A stretch of DNA of 64,000 nt from Sumerlaeia bacterium (GTDB lineage: Bacteria; Sumerlaeota; Sumerlaeia; SLMS01; JAHLLQ01): NCBI GenBank assembly GCA_040219255.1, contig JAVJSW010000073.1, positions 10,621 through 74,620 on the forward strand. The letters run 5' to 3'. Below are positions 38,243 to 47,352 of the stretch, one piece after another (position 1 is the stretch's first letter; each line of letters starts with the position of its first letter). Position numbers and translations under genes: made by a program. Below the pieces are notes generated by a model. It did not search any database. It saw only the letters and a program-made list of their open reading frames with translations, and had not been told where the DNA came from.

Positions 38243-38707
38243 ATGCGCATCCTGATCCAGAGAGTCCGCTGCGCCGCCGTCCGTGTGGACGGCGAAACCG
38301 TCGGCGAAATCGGACCCGGATTGCTGCTCTTCGTGGGGTTGGGTGGCGAGGACTCGGCCTCCGCTTTTCCTAAGATCATCGAGAAGGTCACAAAGCTGCG
38401 TATCTTCCCCGACGACGAAGACCGGTTCGATCGATCCGTCGAAGACATCGGCGGCGGGATTTTGACCGTCAGTCAGTTCACCCTCTATGGCGATCTGCGT
38501 CGCGGCCGGCGGCCTAGTTTTTCCGCCGCCATGCCACCCGCCCAAGCGCGCGCTCTTTACGCCGAGTGGGTCGGAGCGCTACGCTTGGCCTACACCGCCG
38601 GGCCGGTGGCGGACGGCCAATTCGCCGCCATGATGGACGTGGACTTGGTGAACGATGGGCCCGTGACGCTTTGGCTCGATACTCGCGAATTCAATCCTTC
38701 TGAATAA
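38243..38707 (+). CDS. dtd: D-aminoacyl-tRNA deacylase
   Basis: MRILIQRV, LRIFPD, SQFTL and NDGPVT motifs. Confidence 0.95.
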   Translation: MRILIQRVRCAAVRVDGETVGEIGPGLLLFVGLGGEDSASAFPKIIEKVTKLRIFPDDEDRFDRSVEDIGGGILTVSQFTLYGDLRRGRRPSFSAAMPPAQARALYAEWVGALRLAYTAGPVADGQFAAMMDVDLVNDGPVTLWLDTREFNPSE

Positions 38708-38731
38708 TCTCTCGCCGATCTGGAGCACTTC

Positions 38732-39262
38732 ATGCCGAAACGTATCGCTGTTTTGATCGCTGATATCTTTGAAGATATGGAAGCGATGTACCCCATCTTC
38801 CGCCTCCGCGAGGCGGGCTTCGAGGTCGTCACCATCGGCCTCGAAGCAGGCAAGACCTACACCAGCAAGCACCAGTATCCCCTGACCAGCGACGCGGGGC
38901 CAAAGGCCGCCAAGGCGGCGGATTTCGACGGCGTTTACATCCCCGGTGGCTACGCACCCGATAAGTTCCGCCGTGACAAGGACCTGGTGCAATTCGTCGC
39001 CGATATGGACAAAGCTGGCAAGATGATCGGCAGCATTTGCCACGGCCCCTGGATGCTGTGCGAAGCGGACGTGCTGCGCGGCAAGAACTTCACCTCTGTC
39101 GGGGCGATCCGTAGAGACTGCGAGAATGCCGGTGGCACCTATCACGATCAGGCGGTCGTTCAGGACGGCCACCTGTTCACCAGCCGAACGCCCCCGGACC
39201 TGCCGGCGCAGATGCGTGCCATCCTCAAGTGGTTTGGCGTCGACTCGCCCCAAGTCAACTAA
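38732..39262 (+). CDS. PfpI/DJ-1 family (type 1 glutamine amidotransferase-like) protein
   Basis: FEDME, IPGGYAPD, ICHGPW and TSRTP.DL motifs. Confidence 0.93.
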   Translation: MPKRIAVLIADIFEDMEAMYPIFRLREAGFEVVTIGLEAGKTYTSKHQYPLTSDAGPKAAKAADFDGVYIPGGYAPDKFRRDKDLVQFVADMDKAGKMIGSICHGPWMLCEADVLRGKNFTSVGAIRRDCENAGGTYHDQAVVQDGHLFTSRTPPDLPAQMRAILKWFGVDSPQVN

Positions 39263-39310
39263 CTCCCCGTTCCTCCTCTCGAACCGATCCTCGGAAGGCA
39301 TCTCATCGCC

Positions 39311-40267
39311 ATGGCCCCAGAAAATCACTCCCGGCATCGTCCCCTCGCCGAGTTGACGCCGCTGCGCTTTACGCAATTCCGGCGCGCGTTGGCGCGGCTG
39401 ACCACCTCTCCGGTTGCCGAGGACTGGTTCGAGGCGACGGAAATGGCGGCGCCCATCGCGGCCGATCTCGCCGGGGATATGACGTTACTCAAGGCCCTGC
39501 GCGGGCCGACCATTACCATCCACGAATTCCTCGTCGGCGTGGAATTCGCCATCGGGCGCCAGATCCCGTTCCACGATGGCGGGGGCGGCGTCGAAATCGG
39601 CGAGCTGCGCCACGGCCTCGAAATCATCCTGCGCGCGGCGGTTATCGCCGGGCCATCGGCCACGGCGCTTCTGGCGCAGGAAGGGCCGGAGCTTGGAGTC
39701 GGCAAGATCCTCGACCTCTTCGATCGGGGCCCCGAACGCTTCGCCTCGCGCCGCTACTACGGCCAGACGGTCCCAGCCCAGCGCCTCCGCCATCTGCTCG
39801 AAACGCCACTCGAAATGCCGGATCATGTCGATGACCTGCTGGGCGAGGCGGCCGTCGGCGCCATGCCCGTACAGTTCGCTTGGCTGCCCGGCGAGGTGCG
39901 CCTCCCGCGGACGCTGGAGGGCAACATCGCCCTGTTCTTAAGCCTGCTGCCGCCGACCTACTCACCGGATCAGGCGGTCCGCCTGCTCAATGCGCTCTGC
40001 GCGGCGAACAAGCTGCCGCAGCCCCCCAGCATCGGGCCGCTCTTCGCGGATTTGCGCGGCCTGCCCGCGGATCGCGAGTGGGCGCCGCGCCGGGTGGCCC
40101 GCCTCCTGGAGTGGTTGCAAGACAACCTGCCGCCCCAGCCGGACCTGGGCCTGTCGGCGGTCGAGCAGCTCGAGGCGGGCGCCGAACGCGAGAAAGCCCT
40201 TGTGCGGCTTTTATCGAAAGCGGAGCGAATGGCCCTTGAACTGACCCCCGCTTCTTCCTCAACCTGA
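39311..40267 (+). CDS. Hypothetical soluble, probably helical protein
   Basis: Long ORF with host-like codon usage filling the gap between pfpI and the cNMP gene; no recognised motif. Confidence 0.6.
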   Translation: MAPENHSRHRPLAELTPLRFTQFRRALARLTTSPVAEDWFEATEMAAPIAADLAGDMTLLKALRGPTITIHEFLVGVEFAIGRQIPFHDGGGGVEIGELRHGLEIILRAAVIAGPSATALLAQEGPELGVGKILDLFDRGPERFASRRYYGQTVPAQRLRHLLETPLEMPDHVDDLLGEAAVGAMPVQFAWLPGEVRLPRTLEGNIALFLSLLPPTYSPDQAVRLLNALCAANKLPQPPSIGPLFADLRGLPADREWAPRRVARLLEWLQDNLPPQPDLGLSAVEQLEAGAEREKALVRLLSKAERMALELTPASSST

Positions 40268-40421
40268 CGTATATCATCCCGGTGGATGACCGAAAACGTT
40301 GCTTGCCAACAGGCTTTTGAATAGCGACGATGCGGGGACGTAGAGTCCTTGGCCGCGCCGGTAGGGGCGGCGCCAAGGGCGTTCCCGGACCCGCCATGGC
40401 CCGGTAGAGGTAGAGGTTCCC

Positions 40422-41021
40422 ATGATTGCCCCCGAACGGTGGAAACGGCTGCATCCGGTGCGAGACGTGGGGGCTTCCTTATCCGATGCTTCGGAAGGCG
40501 AATTGGTGCGTCGCGAGATGATGGAACGCAACGAACCGGACACGCGGATTCGCGACATATTGCGAGCCTGCCCTCTTTTTCTCGAGGTGCCCGTGCGGGA
40601 CCTCGACCGAATCGCCGCGTCCTGCCAACTCTTTCGCACGTATCGCGGCCAGACCTTGATGGAGGAAGGCGATGAGGACAACGACGTCTTCCTGATTCTG
40701 TCGGGACGGGCGACGGTATCGGTCGAGTCCATCTCCCCCTTCATCCAGGTTTCCCTCTCGCGCCTCAATCCCGGCGAAGTGGCCGGGGAGATGTCCCTCG
40801 TCAGCGACGACGTGCGCTCCGCCACGGTGGTGGCCGAAACGCCCGGCGACGTGCTTCAGGTCAAGGGTGAGGAACTGAAGGCGATGATGAAGGACGACCC
40901 CCAATTCGGCTACCTGATGATGCGCAACGTGGCGTCGATCCTCTCTCGCCGCGTTCGCCAGATGAATCGCCGGCTGACGAATCTGGTCAAGGGCCCCTAT
41001 TTTCAAACGGAAGAAGGCTGA
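40422..41021 (+). CDS. Cyclic nucleotide-binding domain protein (no obvious HTH)
   Basis: EEGD...VFLILSG, GEVAGEMSL....RSATVVA; true start may be about 40518. Confidence 0.85.
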   Translation: MIAPERWKRLHPVRDVGASLSDASEGELVRREMMERNEPDTRIRDILRACPLFLEVPVRDLDRIAASCQLFRTYRGQTLMEEGDEDNDVFLILSGRATVSVESISPFIQVSLSRLNPGEVAGEMSLVSDDVRSATVVAETPGDVLQVKGEELKAMMKDDPQFGYLMMRNVASILSRRVRQMNRRLTNLVKGPYFQTEEG

Positions 41022-41189
41022 GCGGCCGGGCGTTCTGGCCGAATTTTCGCTCTTTCCCGGACAGGCGGGTGCCGGGGGCTTGGAACGTGCCGGCGCTGGC
41101 CGCTTCGCTCCTGGATTGACAGCCTTTGCCGCCCGCGAGACGCTGATTTTCAGGAAATCACGCGCAAGGCCGGGAGGGCCACGTATCGT

Positions 41190-42314
41190 ATGGCAGAACG
41201 CGAAGAGCGGGTTATCACCCTGAGTCAATCCGAGGCCATGGAATTGGCCGGCGCCCGGGACGAAAAACTGAGGCGATTGCAGGAGCACCTGGAGGCCAAG
41301 GTGGTCCTGCGGGGAAACCAGCTCAAAATCGTCGGCCAAAGCGATGAAGTCGAGCGCACCGCCCATGTGATCGAGGAAATTCTACACGTCGTGCGCAAAG
41401 GCGGCCGCCTCAGCGAGCAGCAGTTCCGCTCGGCCATGAGCTACGCGGCGGGCCGGGCGCGGTCGGGTCTCGATCCCAACGGTCCCGCCGACGCCCCCAT
41501 CGAGGCCCCCGCCACCGAAGCGGCCCGCTCGCCAAGCGCCTCCGTCACAGCCGCGCCCGTTGTGGCACCCGGTCCCGAAGGGGTGTCCAAGCGGGAAAGC
41601 ACGCTCAGCGAACTGTTCCTCGACGAAATTCCGGTGCCGCTCAAGCGCCGCCGCCTCTCGCCGCTGACAACGGCTCAGAAGCGTTACATCCAGGCGATCC
41701 GCAAGTACGACATCGTTTTCGGCGTCGGCCCCGCGGGCACCGGCAAGACATACCTGGCGATGGCGATGGCCGTGGGAGCGTTGATCGAGGGCAAGGTGAA
41801 CCGCATCATCCTCTGCCGCCCCGCTGTGGAAGCGGGCGAGCGGCTGGGCTTCCTGCCGGGCGACCTGGCGCAGAAGTTCGACCCCTACGTTCGCCCCCTG
41901 TGGGACGCGCTCTACGAAATGATGGATGCCGACAAAATCAAGTCCGCCATCGAAAGCGGCGTGATCGAAATCGCCCCGTTGGCCTACATGCGCGGCCGGA
42001 CGCTGAACAACGCGTTCGTGATCCTCGACGAAGGCCAGAACACCACCATCGAGCAGATGAAGATGTTCCTGACCCGCCTCGGCTTCGACGCCAAGGCCGT
42101 CATCACGGGCGATGTGACGCAGGTGGACCTGCCCCGGACCCAGCCTTCGGGACTGCTGCACGCGATGCGGGTCTTGAAGGACATCAAAGGCATCGAGCAT
42201 GTGCGCTTCTCGGGCCAGGACGTGGTGCGCCATCCGCTGATCATGAAGATCATCCAGGCCTATGAGCACGACAAGAACGGCCCAATGTCGAGCGACGCGG
42301 GGGAGGAAGAGTAG
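41190..42314 (+). CDS. phoH: PhoH family ATPase
   Basis: GPAGTGKT, RPAVEAGERLGFLPG, MRGRT, LDEGQN and DVVRHPL motifs. Confidence 0.95.
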   Translation: MAEREERVITLSQSEAMELAGARDEKLRRLQEHLEAKVVLRGNQLKIVGQSDEVERTAHVIEEILHVVRKGGRLSEQQFRSAMSYAAGRARSGLDPNGPADAPIEAPATEAARSPSASVTAAPVVAPGPEGVSKRESTLSELFLDEIPVPLKRRRLSPLTTAQKRYIQAIRKYDIVFGVGPAGTGKTYLAMAMAVGALIEGKVNRIILCRPAVEAGERLGFLPGDLAQKFDPYVRPLWDALYEMMDADKIKSAIESGVIEIAPLAYMRGRTLNNAFVILDEGQNTTIEQMKMFLTRLGFDAKAVITGDVTQVDLPRTQPSGLLHAMRVLKDIKGIEHVRFSGQDVVRHPLIMKIIQAYEHDKNGPMSSDAGEEE

Positions 42315-42346
42315 AAACGCCCCCGCCCTCCGGCGGGGCCGTTTCT
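42313..42346 (+). terminator. GC-rich stem-loop between phoH and the HD gene
   Basis: AGAAACG-C-CCCCGCC ctcc GGCGGGG-C-CGTTTCT; weak U-tail. Confidence 0.45.
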
Positions 42347-42356
42347 CCGATTGCCG

Positions 42357-44795
42357 ATGGAAGTCACGTCGCTAGTCAAGAAGGCGCGACAGTTTTCGAA
42401 AGGGTCGGAACTCTTCGAGTCCCGCCGTCAGCGGTCCACGCGTTGGTACGCGCTGACCGGGATTTTTATCGCGACGGTTTTCATCACCTCGCCGGCGGTG
42501 TGGCGAAAACACATCGAGGTGGAGGAGGGCGAGGTCCTGACGGCGCCCATCGTGGCCGAAATGGATTTCGACTATGTGCCGCCCGACGCCGAGGAAAAGT
42601 GGGAGGCGGCGCGTGAGCAATCGCATGCCCGGATTTACGTTTTCGACCCCCGGGTCGAGCGCCAGGCCATCGCCCGCGTCGAAAAGATCCTTGCCGCGGC
42701 CCGCCAACTCAAACCCGAAGCGGTGCAGGACCCGGAAGAATTGCGCATCGCTCTCGAGGCGGCGGACCCGCAGCTGGGCATTTGGACCACCGGTGAAATC
42801 GTTGGCCTGGCGGGTTTGTCCAAGGACGAACGGTTCGGCGAGCGCGTCCGCAACCTCCTCGAGAACTTTTATTTCCAATACGTCGTCGCCGACAGCGCGG
42901 TCAAGTACCGTTACCTCAGCGACTTCCGCCGCGCCCAAGTCATTTCGGCGCAGGAGGCGGAGCAGGTCGTCGAGACCGGCGGCGAGGCTTTGCGTTCCGA
43001 CGGGGTGCTGGATCGCAGCGCGATCGAACTGCACCGGGTCCTGGAATTCCCCAACGAGGTTCGGCCCCAGCTCCAGCGGCGCATCGATCAACTGATCCTC
43101 GATCTGGCCCGCGGCAATCCGAAGGCTTCGGTTCTCAGGCCGGGGCAGACGGAAGCCGCCAAGCGCCTGATCAACCTGGTGGTGAAGCCGAACCTGCGCT
43201 ATGACGCCGAAGCGACGGAACTGGCCAGGGAGAACTTCGAACGGCCCGCCACCTTCGCCCAACCGGTGCCCGAGGGCACTTATCTTGCCGGCAACGAGTC
43301 CACTTCGCCGCAAACCCCGCACGTCATCTCGGCCCGCGAGTCGACGCTGCTGCACGATTACCGCCGCACGTTGCGCCAATGGACCCTGATGCAACTCGGC
43401 GCCCAGGCCATTTTCGTCCTCATCGCCTTCATTATCGTCGCCTTCTTCGTCCGCAAATCGAGCACCGATCTGAAGTTCAACTCGCGCACCATCTACCTGC
43501 TTTCCATGCCGGTGCTACTGGCTCTGGGCCTGGGGCGCGTGTTCCTGCTGCTCGGCGACGTTCCCTACATCGGCTACGCCTTCCCAGCCGGCCTGATCGG
43601 CATCCTGGCGGTCTTGCTGATGGATGTCCGGATGGCGCTTTTGCTGGTCACTTGGGGATGCTTGCTGTTCGGGCTGGAGACGCGTTTCGAATTCGACTTC
43701 GTGCTCGTCGGCCTCTTCGGCGGCTATACCGCGGTGGCTGCGTTGTATACCTTCCGCGAACGGCGCGAGGTCCTTTATGCCGGGGCCCTGATCGGTGTGG
43801 TCAACGCAGCGACGATCACGATCGTCCACCTGATCAACGGCAAGACGGGGACCATTGTGCCGGCGGCGGCGGTGGGCGCGTTTTCCGGCATGCTGAGCGC
43901 TCTGATCGCCTACGCCGTGGCGCCACTTTTCGAATCCGCCTTCCGCATCACGACGGACCTGCGGCTGCTCGAACTCTCCGGCCTCCAGCACCCGCTGCTT
44001 CGGCGCCTGGAGGAAGAAGCCCCCGGCACCTGGCAGCACACGCTCAACGTGACGAAGCTGGCCGAGCCGGCGGCCCAGGCCATCGGCGCCAACTACCTGC
44101 TGGTGCGCGCCGCGTGCCTGTACCACGACATCGGCAAACTCAGCAAACCGGGCTATTTCACGGAAAATCAAACCACGGCGGAGGAAAAACGCCGGCACGC
44201 CCAGCTCTCGCCCCACATCTCGACGCTGGTGATTCTCAACCACGTCAAGGAAGGGGTCGAAATGGCGAGGAAGGCGAGCCTGCCCAACGCCATCATCGAT
44301 CACATCCAGCAGCACCACGGCTCGAGCCGCGTGAACTACTTCTACCTGAAGGCCATCAACGAATTCGAGGAAGGCAAGACCAAGGACCCGGTGCGCGAAG
44401 AAGATTACCGCTACCCCGGCCCCAAGCCCCAATCCATCGAAGCCGCTATCATCATGCTGGCGGACACTGTGGAGGCCACCGCCACGGCCAAATTGTCCAG
44501 CCGCTCTGTCCGCGAAGACGACATTCAGTTGCTGGTGCGCAACGCCATCACCGAGAAATTCAACGATGGGCAGTTCGACAGTTGCCGCCTGACGATGCAG
44601 GACTTGAACGTGATTCGCGAGTCGCTGATCCGGACGCTGAGAAGCCGCTTCCACACGCGGATCGACTATCCGCCCAAGAGCGGTGGCACGGCAAAAGCGA
44701 AAGGCGGAGCGAAGGCTCCCGGCGCGGACGGCCGGGACGGACAGAGCAAAGCGACCCCGCAGAAGGCTCGTAAGGAAATCGCCACGGCGGGCTGA
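42357..44795 (+). CDS. 7TM-HDIG phosphohydrolase (PgpH-like cyclic-dinucleotide phosphodiesterase)
   Basis: Extracytoplasmic domain plus 7TM; T..RLLELS...HPLL..L..EAPGTW.H, YHDIGK, YF.ENQ, YPGPKP and MLAD motifs; usual position after phoH. Confidence 0.9.
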   Translation: MEVTSLVKKARQFSKGSELFESRRQRSTRWYALTGIFIATVFITSPAVWRKHIEVEEGEVLTAPIVAEMDFDYVPPDAEEKWEAAREQSHARIYVFDPRVERQAIARVEKILAAARQLKPEAVQDPEELRIALEAADPQLGIWTTGEIVGLAGLSKDERFGERVRNLLENFYFQYVVADSAVKYRYLSDFRRAQVISAQEAEQVVETGGEALRSDGVLDRSAIELHRVLEFPNEVRPQLQRRIDQLILDLARGNPKASVLRPGQTEAAKRLINLVVKPNLRYDAEATELARENFERPATFAQPVPEGTYLAGNESTSPQTPHVISARESTLLHDYRRTLRQWTLMQLGAQAIFVLIAFIIVAFFVRKSSTDLKFNSRTIYLLSMPVLLALGLGRVFLLLGDVPYIGYAFPAGLIGILAVLLMDVRMALLLVTWGCLLFGLETRFEFDFVLVGLFGGYTAVAALYTFRERREVLYAGALIGVVNAATITIVHLINGKTGTIVPAAAVGAFSGMLSALIAYAVAPLFESAFRITTDLRLLELSGLQHPLLRRLEEEAPGTWQHTLNVTKLAEPAAQAIGANYLLVRAACLYHDIGKLSKPGYFTENQTTAEEKRRHAQLSPHISTLVILNHVKEGVEMARKASLPNAIIDHIQQHHGSSRVNYFYLKAINEFEEGKTKDPVREEDYRYPGPKPQSIEAAIIMLADTVEATATAKLSSRSVREDDIQLLVRNAITEKFNDGQFDSCRLTMQDLNVIRESLIRTLRSRFHTRIDYPPKSGGTAKAKGGAKAPGADGRDGQSKATPQKARKEIATAG

Positions 44796-44914
44796 GATTT
44801 CCGGCCTATCGCGGTAAATCCGATTGTCCCCCCGCTTTTTCGCCTCCAGCGTTTGCTATCCCATTTCCCGGGTGCCGGAACCCGAAATCCGAACCGCCAC
44901 CAGCCGAGACGCGA

Positions 44915-45787
44915 TTGAATACTCCTGACCCGAGCGAATCCACCCGCGAGCAGCAAGAGCCCAAGAGCCCGGGCCATGTCTCGCCCTGGACCGAAGACGA
45001 CGCCCGCGCCACCGCGCCCCGCGTCAGCTCGGCCCTCGACGACCCGCCCCGCGGCGCCAGCCTCTTCGAAGTCTTCCGCAATCGCTTCATCGCCGGTCTG
45101 GTGACCATCGTCCCCATCGTCATGACTGTCTGGGCCGTGACGGTGATTCTGGGTCTGACGGAGCAGGCCTTCGGCGGCGTGATCCGCAAGCCGGTCCGCG
45201 AATTCCTCGCCAGCGTCAACCTGCCCACTCAACTGACCGACACCCTTGTCGTGTTCTTCAGCTTGTTCGTGGCCATCATCACCATCGTGGCGGTGGGCTA
45301 TTTGTCGCGCTTCTTCCTGGTGCGGCGGGTGATTTCGCTCGGCGAAGCCATCGTGACCCGAGTGCCCTTCATCAAGTTTTTCTACGGCTGGCCCAAGGAA
45401 GTCATCAGCACCCTGGCCCAGAAGCGCGAAGGCACCAAACGCGTCGTGATGGTCGAGTACCCCCGAAAAGGCGTTTGGGTGTTGGCCTATGCCACCGGCG
45501 AGATTCGCATGAAGCCGGAAAACAAGACCTTGGTGACGGTGTTCCTGCCGACCACACCGAACCCGACAAGCGGTTTTCTGCTCCTGGTGCCCGCCGATGA
45601 AGTGCGCGACGTCAATGTGGCCGTGGAGGATGCGGTGCGACTGATTATTTCCGCCGGTATTTTGGCCCCGCGCAAGGTCTCCACGGCGCCCTTCACGGGG
45701 CTGGAACACGCGCCCCAGCTCCCCCCGCCGGTGTCCCTGACGCCTCCTGACAACACGGGGACATTCCCCGATTCGTCCGCGCGCTGA
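44915..45787 (+). CDS. DUF502 family membrane protein
   Basis: F.AGL...VP...T, VEYPRKG and VFLPTTPNPTSGFL motifs. Confidence 0.9.
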   Translation: MNTPDPSESTREQQEPKSPGHVSPWTEDDARATAPRVSSALDDPPRGASLFEVFRNRFIAGLVTIVPIVMTVWAVTVILGLTEQAFGGVIRKPVREFLASVNLPTQLTDTLVVFFSLFVAIITIVAVGYLSRFFLVRRVISLGEAIVTRVPFIKFFYGWPKEVISTLAQKREGTKRVVMVEYPRKGVWVLAYATGEIRMKPENKTLVTVFLPTTPNPTSGFLLLVPADEVRDVNVAVEDAVRLIISAGILAPRKVSTAPFTGLEHAPQLPPPVSLTPPDNTGTFPDSSAR

Positions 45788-45896
45788 GGTCGGAACGCAA
45801 ATCAAGGTGCCATCACCGGTTGCCCACCAGTTGGCGCCGGTTTTTGCTATCCCCAGACCGATAGCAAACCCCGAATCGATTGGCGAATCCTCTTTC

Positions 45897-47258
45897 ATGA
45901 CAGCAAATCTCCTCCTCGTTGACGATCAGCCGGAAGTTCTCGAGGGCCTGGAAATGGCCTTTAACCGCACTGATAACAACGTGATAACGGCCAGCAGCGG
46001 CGAAGAAGCGATCCACGTTCTCAACAGCCAGGAAGTCGATGTCGTCGTCACCGACCTGAAAATGGACGGCGTCGACGGCTTTGGCGTACTGCGTCACGCG
46101 TTATCGCTCAGCCCCTCGCCAGCGGTCATTATGTTGACCGCCCATGGCACGATCGAGGGCGCCGTGGATGCGCTGAAGGAGGGGGCGTTCCACTATCTGA
46201 CCAAGCCGGTGAACGTCAAGGAGCTGCGCGTCCTGGTGGACAAGGCGGCGCAGCACCGCAGTCTGATCCGCGAAAACGTGCAACTGCGCCAGCAGCTCGA
46301 CAAGCGCTTCGGACTCGAAGGCATGGTTGGCGACTCGTCCGACATGCACCAACTCTACGACATGATTCGTCAGGTCGGACCGACCCGCGCCACGGTTCTG
46401 ATCACCGGCGAGAGCGGCACTGGCAAGGAAGTGGTCGCGAAGGCGCTGCACAAGAGCAGCCCAAGGGCCAAAAAGGACTTCGTGGCGGTGCACTGTGCCG
46501 CACTGCCGGAGACCCTTTTGGAAAGCGAACTGTTCGGTCACGAACGGGGCGCCTTCACGGGCGCGGTGAGCCGCCGGCCGGGGCGCTTCGAAATCGCCAG
46601 CGGAGGCACACTGTTCCTCGACGAAATCGGCGAAATCCCGCTGTCGATGCAGGTGAAGCTGCTGCGCGTCCTGGAAATGAGAGAGATCACCCGCGTCGGC
46701 GGGAACGAATCGCTCAAGGTGGACGTGCGGCTGGTCGCCGCGACGAACCGCGATTTGGAGGAAGAAGTCGCGGAAGGACGGTTCCGGGAGGATCTCTACT
46801 ACCGCCTCAAAGTCGTCCAGATCGTGCTGCCCCCCTTGCGCAAGCGGCGGAGCGACATCCCCCTGCTGGCTCAACACTTCCTCAAAGAGTTCTCCAAAGA
46901 GAACGGCCGGCCCGTGCCGGTGCTCAGCAAAGAAGCCAACGAGAAGTTGCAGACATGGCATTGGCCAGGAAATGTGCGCGAACTGCGGAACATCATGGAG
47001 AACACCTTTGTCTTCCTCAAGGGTGACGAAGTGGGGGCGGACGACCTGCCGCAGTCGCTGCGCGGCGACCGAGAGAAGGTCGAAGACGGGATTATGATGC
47101 CGCTTGGCATGCCTCTTGAGGAGGTGGAGACCCGATATTTGAAGCGGACGCTCAATTCCGTCGATGGAAACCGTACCCGGGCCGCCGAGATTTTGGGAAT
47201 CAGCCGCCGGACCTTGCAGCGCCGCATCAAAGAACTCGGGATCGACAGCGGAGGATAA
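45897..47258 (+). CDS. Sigma-54-dependent response regulator (NtrC/AtoC family)
   Basis: Receiver (VDD, TDLKM, KP); [30 protein letters not shown] and Fis HTH. Confidence 0.95.
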   Translation: MTANLLLVDDQPEVLEGLEMAFNRTDNNVITASSGEEAIHVLNSQEVDVVVTDLKMDGVDGFGVLRHALSLSPSPAVIMLTAHGTIEGAVDALKEGAFHYLTKPVNVKELRVLVDKAAQHRSLIRENVQLRQQLDKRFGLEGMVGDSSDMHQLYDMIRQVGPTRATVLITGESGTGKEVVAKALHKSSPRAKKDFVAVHCAALPETLLESELFGHERGAFTGAVSRRPGRFEIASGGTLFLDEIGEIPLSMQVKLLRVLEMREITRVGGNESLKVDVRLVAATNRDLEEEVAEGRFREDLYYRLKVVQIVLPPLRKRRSDIPLLAQHFLKEFSKENGRPVPVLSKEANEKLQTWHWPGNVRELRNIMENTFVFLKGDEVGADDLPQSLRGDREKVEDGIMMPLGMPLEEVETRYLKRTLNSVDGNRTRAAEILGISRRTLQRRIKELGIDSGG

Positions 47259-47352
47259 AGTGCCGAAGCGTCGGCGCCATCCCCCCATTCCGATCACCAC
47301 GAACGAGTCGCTTCCAGCGATTCTATAAATCTTTCTACCTAAAGGACCTTCT

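Noticed and set aside
45831-45850. Sigma-54 promoter TTGGCGCCGGTTTTTGCT upstream of the NtrC-type gene
   Set aside because: GG-to-GC spacing is 11 nt rather than the required 10; the same holds for a look-alike at 2864-2881.
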